In this document: positions 48,691 to 60,038 of the stretch, piece after piece
Position numbering within the stretch: the stretch's first letter is position 1
Layout of the letters: each line of letters opens with the position of its first letter
Origin: Halocafeteria seosinensis
Taxonomy: Eukaryota
Assembly (NCBI GenBank): GCA_001687465.1
Contig: LVLI01000101.1
Span: 248,001-312,000 of the forward strand
Direction: 5' to 3'
DNA length: 64,000 bases
Notes under the pieces: model-generated
What the model saw: only the letters and a program-made list of their open reading frames with translations
What the model was told of the DNA's origin: nothing
The model's database searches: none
Translations under genes and position numbers: made by a program

Positions 48691-50259
48691 CTACGCAGTT
48701 TCTGACGGAGCTTCGTCACGGCCTAAAGTACTGGAATCATTACCTGGATTTGTGTTGGTCTCCGGCTTCTGGATTTCAGCCTCACTACCATCGTGAACGG
48801 AGTCTAAAGGTAAGCGCGGTACTTCTATTTGTGATTGCTTCCCTGAACCCTGGAATTGCTCCTGAGTAGTTGCGGTAATTCCTTCATTTTCCCCATATTG
48901 CACGGAAGCTTTATTTTCGTCTGCCCCGTCATCACTACCGACCGACGAGTACCGCATGGAGTCATCTTTCTGGAGCTTCCGCGAACTCTCATTTGTTCTT
49001 TCGTTGTCGAAGGAGCCATCTCCCGTGGCGGGCGACAATGCATTTTGGTCCTGATTTGCTTCGGTGTTGTCGCCTTGCTTAGCCTTCGAAGAACCGGACG
49101 GCGTGGCATCGTTATCCGCAGTTTGAGACTCGAAGAGTTCTTCCGTTCTGTCATCCGCTTTATCCCCTTGGAAATCTTGGGCATTGCCCTTCGTATTCTC
49201 CTGATCATTGTCTGCAGCATTATCCGTATTGGAAGCCTCTCCGGAGTCCTGTTTGTTCTTTGGTGCTGTTCCAGCTTCCGAGTCATTCCAGATGCTGCTT
49301 TTGTCTTCCCCCAAATCTTGTGACAGGTCATGTTGGGCACTTGCAGAGCCAACGTCGGTGCTTCTCGTATCCTTCTCATTTTTGTTTGTATCGGATTCCT
49401 TTGGTTTGGAGCGAGAAGTACGACTGCGAGCAGAGGAGAGGACACTAGAGCCAGCATTCAATGTACTTCGACTAGTAATGAAGTGCTTTTTGCCGAATGC
49501 GGGTTCTCTTGGAGAGGTTTTACTGTTACTGGGGATACTTCCAGGCTCCCCTAGGTGACGCTGAGAAAGTAAGGATAGGTAATCTCTTGAGCGAATATGA
49601 TCCTTTTCCAATTCTTTCCTATTAACAAACCCTTTGGTTTTGTTAATGTGTCCGAGTATCTTGGCATTCCCTTCGGCAATGCGTTCTGCTTCACGCTTCC
49701 TCCTTTCGTAGTTCAAGCTTGGTTGCGGTACGGCTTCTCCTCGGGTATGCGAGGCACCACGCGGTGACAAATGACAATCAATTTTTGGTCGACCTGCTTT
49801 ATCCACTCTTGTTCCTGGAGCGAGTGTGGAACCTTCTTCCTTTCGACTTTGGATGGCTCCAACCCGGGAGAGGATGGTTTGATTCTCCTTCCTTATTTTA
49901 TCGTCTCGTTCTGACAGGAACGAGACAGAGAGGAAGCACATTCCAGCGGGCAGGATCCACACTCTAGCAAAGCTAAAACAGCACTTACCAACTTTCATTT
50001 GCATACCCTTTCTGTTGGTCTTGAGATGCTGATATTCCTTGGGCGGACCATTGTCTATCCGCTTGATTGATGGATCCTGTGGAGACCAGCGACTTCGTCT
50101 AAGCTTTTTTCGTTCGTAGGTATGGTTAAGATGGCATCATGATTTCCTCACCTTTATACGCTTGCGTAGGATCTCCTGATGGCGCGCGATTTCCTTCTCC
50201 GCCAGTATTCGGTTGGGATACACCAAACCACCGTTCATTTTGCCTTGTGTGGAGCTCAT
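48691..50259 (-). CDS. CFAP97/KIAA1430-domain (cilia/flagella-associated) protein with an acidic low-complexity tail
   Basis: Spliced: NRILAEKEIARHQEILRKRIK...IDNGPPKEYQHLKTNRKGMQMK...ERDDKIRKENQTILSRV...SLNYERRKREAERIAEGNAKILGHI. Confidence 0.8.
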
Positions 50260-50926
50260 TCTACAAAGATGGTCTCGTCCAGTGAGACGTCGATCCGGAC
50301 ACCATGAGTCGTCTCAACCCAAACTTAGCTGTGGATTCCAGTGTGGAAGTATCAATGACTGTATCATATTCGTTGCAGCACGAGGTTCCAACTTGCGACT
50401 TCAATCAGAGTTGCGACCGAGGCCATGGTCCTGGGACTCCTGGCCCAAAACTGCCCTCGACAACACGCCATATCTCGTGTCCCACAGGTATCTGCGCTCA
50501 CGAATCCTCCTAGAAACTGTTGAATGAATGCAATGGACACCTCATCCCGAAGTGGGACTGCCAGTGGTGAAGAAGAAAACATGTTTTGGAAGGGTTTGTC
50601 ACACAGATTCCGGTCAACAAGAGCGAACCAGTGCGCTTTCCGCTTCCGGTGCATAAAGTCTTACAGTCTACTTTGTTGAATAAGTTGGGGTTGTTTGCTC
50701 GTTCGAGTAAACAATAGACAAGGCACGAAGGTTGTTGGACTCCTTCCTCGGATCTGTGTCGTCTGCTCCACATATACTTCCATCTACAGCAGGGACATCA
50801 TCCATCACTTTTCTTTGGGCGTAATAACCTCTGGCTGACCTTTTTTGTTGCCCTTGGCTCTCCCTATAGGTCGATCCCACACGGCGTCTGGCCAAAAAAC
50901 TGGGGAGTTTTGCTACCCTGACAAAG

Positions 50927-53900
50927 ATGAACCATAAAAAGAGCGATGACACCGAGCGCAATGTGTACGATACGCGCACACCACAGTCGGCCCTCATGCG
51001 CAAGTACACACTCCTCCCGGAATGGAAGAAAATAGGCATTGTGGCGGCTATCTCGGTCTTGGCAGCTGTCACCTTCATGTACTTGAGATCATCGCCTTCA
51101 GACCGTCCTATGATAAAGCACTCTTTGACAAGAGGTACGTGGTACTCATTCGCTAGGGTTTGTGCCTACTGATTTGACCCATTAGAATGGTGTGTATGCA
51201 ACAGATGAGAAAGAGCAACTTGCTGCCCGGATTCGAGAGGAAGAGCGAGCTCGTTTCGAACGTGAATATCAGTCCAAGCTCTGGGAGACACAGAACAAGA
51301 TGAATGACGTTCGATCAAAGATTCAAGATGTAAGTCATTCCTGGTAGTGGTTTCCTGGAATCAATGTTTCTGCGCCTGTATAGGACATGAAACACATACT
51401 TCAACTCCGTCACATTTGGTTTGTATTCTTGCAGACGGACGAATCATCCCAAGTAGCCAAGCTGAAGGAACAGTTACAGGAACTCGAAAGAGAGTATAAC
51501 GAGCAATCAGAGCAGGTAAGGATAACGTGATGGTTGTGGTATATTTACTTTCTTCCTGTCCATATACGGTTACTCCTACTTCAACAGCTCGAGAAAGACC
51601 GAGCCAATTTCGAAAAGGGCCTTTCGGGCATTATTTCGAAGAGATTGAGGGAAGAGCAAAATGAGCTTTTGGAAGATGGTTCCAAACAGTTGCTAAGCTG
51701 GTTCTGCACTTTCGACAGTGACGAAGGTGAATCTTTTCCTGACCTAAACGATGAAGTGGTCGCGGAATATGAGGACACTACTACCTCCCCCGTCGATATT
51801 TCGGATCATCAATGTGTTGGGGTTGCCCAAGAAGACGATCAACCCATTGAGCCATCATTGCATAAAGACTCTGACGTCACTCGTTCGTATTATGTGGCCG
51901 AGGAAGCTCTGAAATCGTTGAAAGACAAGAATGAGAACCTACTTGGATACGAAATTGCGGGAAGTGCTTACGATCCGGGAAGTCCAGATTTTATGGAAGA
52001 TTGTACGGTCACCCTTTTTGCTGTCCATCCTGTGTTTGGAGCATTCTATAAGATTAAACTTGCGCTTCGAAGCACTTCGGACACTTCCAGCAAGGAGGGA
52101 GCGGCTAAAGTCATAGGCGAGCCGACAGACTCTGGAAAGCCTGGAGAGATAGTAACTCGTTCCGTTTGCTATCACAGAAAGTGGGTAGCAAAGCCAATTG
52201 TGAAACCTCAAAGCCGCAATGCACGAATTACTCATCTGATGAACCCGGAAGAACTTCCTAAAGCAGGTGCGGCTGGTCAGCGCAGTTTGGTAGACGCTCG
52301 GGCTCTCAAGGGAAAAATGGAACAATCAAAGAAAGCAGATAACTGGAGGAGGGCTTTGGACACTCCGGCTGAGGCAAGCAAGTCGAATTCGAAGTTGACA
52401 GTACAGTTCATTCTTCCATTCCGTGCGTCTAATTTGAATACATTGCCGCAGCTGATCCGGTCTCTGGAAATCGCTGATAAGGTTCGGCGTTCTGATGAGC
52501 AAGCGAGCAAGTCTCAACCGCTAGTACGCTTAATCATGGTCAAACTAGACGGAGAAGAGAACGCTCCGTCGGTTAAGGGCAGCTTGGATCTTAAGCAAAG
52601 GATTACGGACATCGTCAATACTGCCCTAAAGAGTGTGCACTTCGAAATTAAAATCGCTGATCCCCTTCCGCCGACTAAGTCCTCAGCTCAGCACATAAAG
52701 GACTTAACGAAAGAGTGGGTCAACAGTCACTATGCAGCCGTGAACGCACAGGGCTCTGCCAAGAAAACTGAGGAAGAGTTAAAGGAAGAGGATATTGCAG
52801 CAACTGAAGGAAACGAGAAGTCGGTGCATCGCCCCACGAAGAAAAAAGGCTCCAAGAAAGCGCGGAAACTGGAAGATCCGTCTGCCGATCCGCGGAATGG
52901 TAGTCCCCCAAATCAAGCCGGTGGTGGTAATCCTAAGGCACAGCAGCAACCAGCTGGTAGTAACCCAAATCAAGACAATGGTGCCAATGCTCCGGTAGAA
53001 CAGCAAGGAGGGCAGAATGCAGCTGATACCGCCGCGAATCAGCCTCAAGCGGCTACCGATGAAGCTTCTCGGAAACAAAACCAACAGCAGAACCTGCAAA
53101 ACAAAGAAAGCGTATCTCAGGAGGAGAACAAAATGCAATCGGCTACTGGAGAGAACGCACAGACACCAGGCCAGTCGCAATCAGCTGTAAAAGGCTTTTC
53201 CATGGCGAAGTCAGTGTTACCTAACAGATGGCTTTCCGCTGTGTTAGGAGGCCTGGTGCATGTTCCCTTCGGTCGAAGTATTGTTTTTATTTTGGACTCT
53301 TCCACTGCAACTGTCTCTGCTTCCCTGGCGAAAAAGACGCTATGGAGAGTGATTGAAGGACGACAAGTACTTGCCCCCATTCCTTACGCTTTAAGCGGTG
53401 CGTATACAGATGATGATATGACGGAAGCTTTCAGAGACGACGGAGGAGCGTCGGCTCCTGACTCGGAAGTAACGAGAGACGAAGAAGATCGCTCCAAGAT
53501 GCAGCCGTTCCAAATGTCCGAGTTTTACACTGAAGAGAGTTACGGATATAGAGGTGCGCGATTCCTACGCCACAAATCGGGAAGCAAAATTGGAGGGCGG
53601 TCGATCCTTGCAGAAGAGATGGATGATTACGAGTGGGATGACCCGGCTGGATATACTTACATCAAGGGGGATGATGATTACTCGCTCACCCTGAAAGATG
53701 ATGCAGGGAAAGACTTCACAGGGTTGGAAGATGATGCGATTGCGCAGGCAGAAAAGGAAATGGGGAACAAAGACTGGATGAAGCCATATGCAGGCAACGC
53801 TCTCGATGACATTGTTGACGACTATCCTCAAGGAGGAGCTATCGTGGATCAACATTCGGAAGACGACGATCAGGAAGCTTTGGCAATCGACGAGCCTCAG

Positions 53901-54623
53901 TGGCAAAGATTGACCTTGCTGGGGACGACGAAAGTAGATCTGGCTGCGGCAATTTACCGAATGTTGGCACCCGCCACCAGTGAAACGAGTAAACGCAACC
54001 TCGAGGAGGAAGGCAGCGCTACCCCGGAAAACAACAAGGAAATTACTGGCGAGAAAGGGGATGCTTGTATGATGAGAAGGATACTTTATATACTTATGTC
54101 GAACAACTACAATGTTGCACGGGCTCCCGTTGCCGGTTTACGCGTTAAGAGCCCGGAAAATCTGGGCTCTAGTTCCGGCCAAAACCGTGCGACCGAGTTG
54201 TCAAATTGCGAGTGCGACTATGCTAATTCTAACGAGGAGCACTGCTTGTTCCGCCTTGCTGTCTCAGCCATGGATGATGACAATGACAAGATGCGCGTCC
54301 AATGTGCTGTATCACAAATACATACAGCTATACTGAATTCCAAGAACAAAGATAGTAGAGAAGAAGAAGGCGTCGGTAGGGACGAACTAGGAGACTTTGA
54401 GTTCCGTGAGGTCGTTGGGGTGCACCATCCCGTCCGGTTCTTCGATCCTAGTCGCGGAACGGAGATAGTAGCCAAGGTTACTGCGAAGGATTATCTGCCG
54501 AGCCACGACGCACCGACTCAAATCCCTCTTGCCGCTGAGGTGTTCAGTTTTAGATGGGCGCTTAGTGAAAACACCGTGGAATTCAGCGAGTTAGAAAAAC
54601 GGGGAGATGATTGGGGGTGGTAA
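50927..54623 (+). CDS. Type II membrane protein: TM + coiled-coil stem + degenerate chondroitin GalNAc-transferase (CHGN/GT7-like) domain
   Basis: N-terminal TM IGIVAAISVLAAVTFMYL; spliced coiled-coil exons; VQFILPF..., SIVFILDSS...VIEGRQVLAPI and SNNYNVARAPVAGL resemble CSGALNACT/B4GALNT3 segments. Confidence 0.65.
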
Positions 54624-54660
54624 ATTTGTTTTGGCGAAGTACGATTCATTTCCATTCCAA

Positions 54661-57600
54661 CTATACCAAGTCTTGGTCGAAATGACTTGCCAATTCCTTC
54701 CTGCATATAATTCCTTGGATTTCGTTTTCGATATTGACGATAGGTCTGGGGGCGTAACGAAGACAAATGAACAATAATACATCGCGTTGGAGGCTAATCT
54801 ATTTCATAACAGCGTCCACACTTACAGGTGCCGGATACCCAGACTGCGGAATAGCACGAACACTCTCGAAAGCGGACACTGCTCGTGGACGCAGATTGGT
54901 ACCGGGTTGTAGTATTGTCTCAAGTCAATTTCCTCGTCGAAATCTCTGTCATCAAAGCGCTGCAGATCCACATTCCTATGCTTCGACTGAAGGCTCGTTG
55001 AGAAATCACTTAGTGCAGGCTTCTTGCCTTTCAAGTGAAGGTCGAGAAGCACTAGTAGCTGATTTCGGAGAATCAATCCCACAACCTTGCGGCTTATACC
55101 CGTTACGACGGGGAATCCGTTATGGCCAGTAGTATCGAGAACTCGGATAACGTCCCTGATTCTGGTAATTTGAGTGAAGCACACGACGGGAGTCACCATG
55201 ACTTCCCGGGCAACCATATGGTACATGTTGGCACTGGGGGCTGATTCCACAAAAGGCATGCACTTCAACTCAATATGCAAATCTGCGAGACGGTTACATA
55301 TTGTAGTTGTACGTCGACAATATTAACCACGGAGCGGGTCCTCATTCTTACCATAAAGGGAAATGTTAAATTGGTCCCCTACCCACTTCGAAATCATCAA
55401 GGTCAGCATGATGGGAATTATCAACGATGACGCATCCGTAGTTTCCAAAACAATCGCAGTTAGACTGATTGTCATTCGCGCAACCCCTCCTAAGGAAGCT
55501 GTGGCCCCGATGATAGCATACGTCTTAGGATGAATATTTTCATCAGGGAACATATATTGCATTCCTTGACCAAACAATCGCCCATACGCACATCCCATTA
55601 CGATACAAGGAACAAAGAGTCCGGAGGGAACTGCAATACCATACGTTATCACGGCAAGGAAGAAAGCAATAAAAGTGAATACGAGTAGAGACTCCCAGTT
55701 ATAATTCTGGTCCGTATGGAAAAAGCCTTTGATAGAGGTTTCCCATGGAATGAAGGATATCGATGCCATCCTGCAAACAACCAGCATGATCGTCGATCAT
55801 TCAGAATAACATTGCAGAGAACCCTACGTACGAATTATGTTCGCCGGACGGACACCCCCAATCTAGGTCGCTGAAGAAGGGGGAAGCTTCTTCTCCATGA
55901 CCCACACATTCATCTAGTTTGGGTAAGAACTGTGGCCAGAAAGTTAGGGCTGCCGTGATTGAAGCGATCAGCAGTGCCTCCAACATTCGCGGGATTACCT
56001 TCCCTTGAAGGTTATCCCTTCTCCATCTACAGATCTGCTGGTTGATATAATTAAACGCTGCCCCTTGAATGCCACCAAGTAAAGCGAGAATGACAAACGG
56101 GATTGTCTCCCACAATCGGTAAGGCTGATGTTCGGCTGTTACCGGCGGACCGAAATTAATTAGTCCAGAAAAGACACTTGTGCTTTCGGTAACGACTTTC
56201 CAAAAATGCAAGAAGAACGTCCCCAACATACTGCACAAGAAAGCCTTCCACGTCAGATCCACGGACCAAAACGACGAGGCTTCCTCCAAGCTAAAGAGGA
56301 TGCCCCCTACCGGAGCACCGAATGCGGCGGAGACCCCCGCAGCAGCACCGCCCGATACAAAGTCTCTCTTGTCCTTATCGTTTCGAAATCGATGAACCCA
56401 CTGGTGCGCCTTTGTACCTTCCTTAACAAACTTTCCTAACCCAGTCATGTGTGTCAAGTTGGCCGCTATAATGGCTCCACTATGGACTAATGGCCCTTCT
56501 TTTCCTATTAGCAGTCCACCGGCAACGGCGAATATTACACCGACAGCTTTACAAAACAGAGTTTTAATCCGAAGGAATCGAAGATAGTTCGTTCCATTGA
56601 GGTAGGCCTTTATTTCCGGAATGCCAGAGCCCCCTGACACTGGTTCAATGTAGGCGACCAGAAAGGTTGCAACTAGTATGTACGCCAGTGAGATCATCAA
56701 GTACACTACGAATCCGATACCCCGCTCTCCTTTGTCAATGAACGGCTTTACCACTGCAAATTTTTTATCTGCGAAGTATCGAACACCTTCTCCCAAGAGA
56801 TACGCTAATGTCCCAGTGAAGAAACCTGCGGGTACGGACGCATCTTGCTCCATTCTGGTATAACGAGTTTACTGCTTGCATGACCCTTTTTCTTACCTAT
56901 CAAACCAAACAAAATCCATCGCGCGACATTTACATTACGATTAATTGTGTTATCGATTCTGTAGTGCTCTTCGCGGTATAGTTTGTTCTGAGGAACACCA
57001 TGCAATGCATGTAGTCATCGCCTCGCGTGCCCCTCGGCTTCTGTTACAACGTACCTGCGGAACGTCATAATCCAAGGACTCGAATCCTCCCATCATCTTC
57101 TTTTCGTGTTCATGCATTTTCTCCCTACTCGCAAGACCACCTGTGTAAGCATGTGGTAAGGTTCTGCTGTACCCCAGTGTGTCCTCGTCCTGTTCTCCCG
57201 AGACGTAAACATATTCCGTCCATTAGACGTTACAATTGTTAAAAAGACTCTTGATTTCCGCATACTTACTTGTTGCTCCTCAATAAATGTAGTCTCTTGG
57301 TTTGGGGCATTCTGCCGGGACAAGTAGCTCACCCGGTGAATCATGTCAAACAGTCTCCCCATGGGATTCCTCGAGCTGGGTACTCGGCTGTCATGCTCTA
57401 CCAACGGTGCGGCGGAGAAGGACCGATACCTTAACTGAGATTGGGGACCCACAGTTTCACGTGTGGGACCAGTAATGCCAGTTCCATCATAGGCTCCTGC
57501 TCCACGTGTAGGCTTCTTGCGGTCCAACAGTGGTTGTCGAGCGCTGTTCTGCAAGGTGGAAACGGAGAGTCCGGGTCCAAATTCCCCATCCTTACCGGTT

Positions 57601-57889
57601 ATATGGTCGAACGAAGGTCCAGTCTCTGCGCAAACACGGAGAGACATAATGAAAAGAAGTGAGCCCTGGTATCTGTCCGAGTACGGCTTATTTTTACCGC
57701 CACTTCTTGGTTGGTACACCACGTACCAGACGACCGGCGTGCCACGTTATGCATACTCGTCTGTGTGAATACTGGTCCCGAAGAGAATGTGTCAGAGAAT
57801 GTCTCTGTGGAGTGAAGATCCACTTCCAAGGGAGCCTCTGAAATGGCCCCACGGGCCTCGGAAAAGGCTATGTCCTTCGATTCACTCAT
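54661..57889 (-). CDS. CLC chloride/proton antiporter (CLC-6/7/CLC-d-like) with two CBS domains
   Basis: GSGIPE, GKEGP (gating Glu), FSLEEA (proton Glu), PSGLFVP, SLY; CBS HNGFPVV...LFRSLGIRHL|PIVN...DQDLV*, stop at 54661-54663. Confidence 0.95.
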
Positions 57890-57989
57890 TCAGTCCCAAT
57901 ATTTCCGTATTGATAAATCTGATACAATCGAATACAAGTTCATTGATATAGGTATACTATCCGCCCGAAAGTGGCTGTGAAACGAGGTC

Positions 57990-59232
57990 ATGGAGTTCTT
58001 AATCAACACCACAAAAAGACTGCCTCCTACCTTGAGGGAGCCTCTTCAAGCCGCAGATGCTTGGTTATCGAGGACTCTTTCCCCGTATATACAGTCCAGC
58101 GCAACCCCAGATGGAACTCTGCGCACAGAGGGGATAGCTATTGCTATCCTAATTGCTGTCATGGGCACCTTAATGATGGTACTTATCGTGCAACATATGG
58201 TAGGAATGCCCGCTGAACATACACAAAGTAAGACCTGAATACCAGGCCTTTTGTTATCTTGGAAACTATGCGTGCTTGTGTCATTGGAACAGGAGGGTCG
58301 AAAAGAGGCAGCAGAGGTCCGGCTTCCAAGAAAAACACAGCACTGATTCTGGGAAACTCGGGGAGTGGGAAAACAGCACTCGTGGTACATGTAAGTGGCC
58401 AGTCTGCACATGTGGTTGCTTTGAAGATGACATAAATATGTGTCATTGCAGTTGTTGAGAGGGAAGCAAACAGAGACAGTGACAAGTATGCAGGAACTGA
58501 TCGAGGAAGGAGAGGTATCGGATGAAGGGCAAGAAGCCAAAGTCAAACTTACAGATTATCCTGGACATCCTCGGCTTCGTGGGTATGTGCTTTCTTGTTC
58601 CTGAGTGCACATTCTATATGAGGACTCAATTTTCGCTGTGAAACCAACAGAGGCATGCATAAATATCTCCCTCAAGCTAGCAAAATTATATTGCTCGTAG
58701 ATGCTTCCGGAGCCTCGGCGGACTTTAGGGATTCTGCAGAGTAAGGAGCTGTCTCTTTTAGACTGATTTCGGACAAATAATTGACTATCACTTTTGTTCT
58801 TGCAACCAGAATGATATACGACTTGTTTACGGACAATGGGTTCTCCGATTTGGCGCCCCCGCTCCTCATTTGTGGATCGAAGTCCGATCTGGGCGGGGCA
58901 CGCTCTCCCAAGCAGATACAGCAGGCACTGGAAGGACACCTGTAAGTCAATGCAGATCGTCGTACCAACTGGAATGAAATTTATTAATATGAATCCTCGA
59001 ATCGACTCCATTCTTTCGCAGGAATACCATAAAGGACTCGCGAGAAGCCATCTCAAAGACAGCAGGTGAAGATGACACGATGCAAGAGCGAACATATTTG
59101 TGCGGCTACGGTGAGAAATTCAACTTCAAAGACCATAGTCCATGTATGGTCTATTTTGGATGCTGCTCAACGTACGGATCAGCTGACACCCGGGACGTCC
59201 GGCAGTTCCTGATCAACGGGAGTCTTTCATAG
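57990..59232 (+). CDS. SRPRB: Signal recognition particle receptor beta subunit, multi-exon
   Basis: N-terminal TM; ALILGNSGSGKT, TVTSM, DYPGHPRLR, ILLVDAS, LLICGSKSD; stop at 59230-59232. Confidence 0.9.
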
Positions 59233-59286
59233 TCAGCAATGTAAACACACACACACTCATAATGCGATCGATTGCGTCACAACCAC

Positions 59287-60012
59287 CTAATGATCTGCGG
59301 CATTTAGCTCGTCTAATTCTCTCTGCAGATCGTCCTTCCTTTCTATCTTGGTCTTCTGCGATTCTGTCAGAGAGTCCGGGTCTTTATTTTCTAACTCTGT
59401 TATCTCTTTCAATAGCTTCTTGACTTTCTTCTGTCGGTTCTTCCTCGGGTGCTTTTTGGTCACGACTTCTGATAATTTCGTTTCCGCCGTGTCCCCACTA
59501 GTCGCTGCAGACACCCCGCTAACATTGTGAGCCGAAGTGGTCGAAGACACCATGCTGCTAAAAGCCGCAAACGAAGGGACTTCCTTTCTATTTTTGGCTC
59601 TCCTTTTGCCCGTCCCTTGGCTACTAGGTGCTCCGTCCAGCTCTTCATAGATAGGTGGCTTCTGGGCATAGGACGAGGAGGAAGAGCCAGCGGCGGTATG
59701 ATCGTGTCCGTATAAATCAAAGAAATCCTGCTTATCCCGGACACGTTCGGAGGTTCCCAGGAGTCTTTGGAGGGCCATTTGCTGCTGTTCATTGAGCTCA
59801 TCCACATCCGAGACGGAGGTCAACAGCCTCCTGAAAAATTTAATCTGTGCATCTGGGGCATTAGAGGTCTTAACGCCATCTGGATGAGCCATATGGCGTC
59901 GAAAGGGGGGAGGCGCCGGAGCTCCATCACTCGATATTTGAACATAGTGTTGTTTTTCACGCTCAAATCTACGTTTTCGCGCTTCCTTTTTCTCTTTACT
60001 ATCGTGCTGCAT
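59287..60012 (-). CDS. Basic protein with a C-terminal PYM/eIF2A-C-like helical motif
   Basis: ORF from ATG 60012 (MQHDSKEKKEARKRRF); C-terminus KKVKKLLKEITELENKDPDSLTESQKTKIERKDDLQRELDEL resembles the eIF2A/PYM C-terminal motif. Confidence 0.6.
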   Translation of the reverse strand: MQHDSKEKKEARKRRFEREKQHYVQISSDGAPAPPPFRRHMAHPDGVKTSNAPDAQIKFFRRLLTSVSDVDELNEQQQMALQRLLGTSERVRDKQDFFDLYGHDHTAAGSSSSSYAQKPPIYEELDGAPSSQGTGKRRAKNRKEVPSFAAFSSMVSSTTSAHNVSGVSAATSGDTAETKLSEVVTKKHPRKNRQKKVKKLLKEITELENKDPDSLTESQKTKIERKDDLQRELDELNAADH

Positions 60013-60038
60013 AGTGTACCGAATAGCACCCAAATGAC

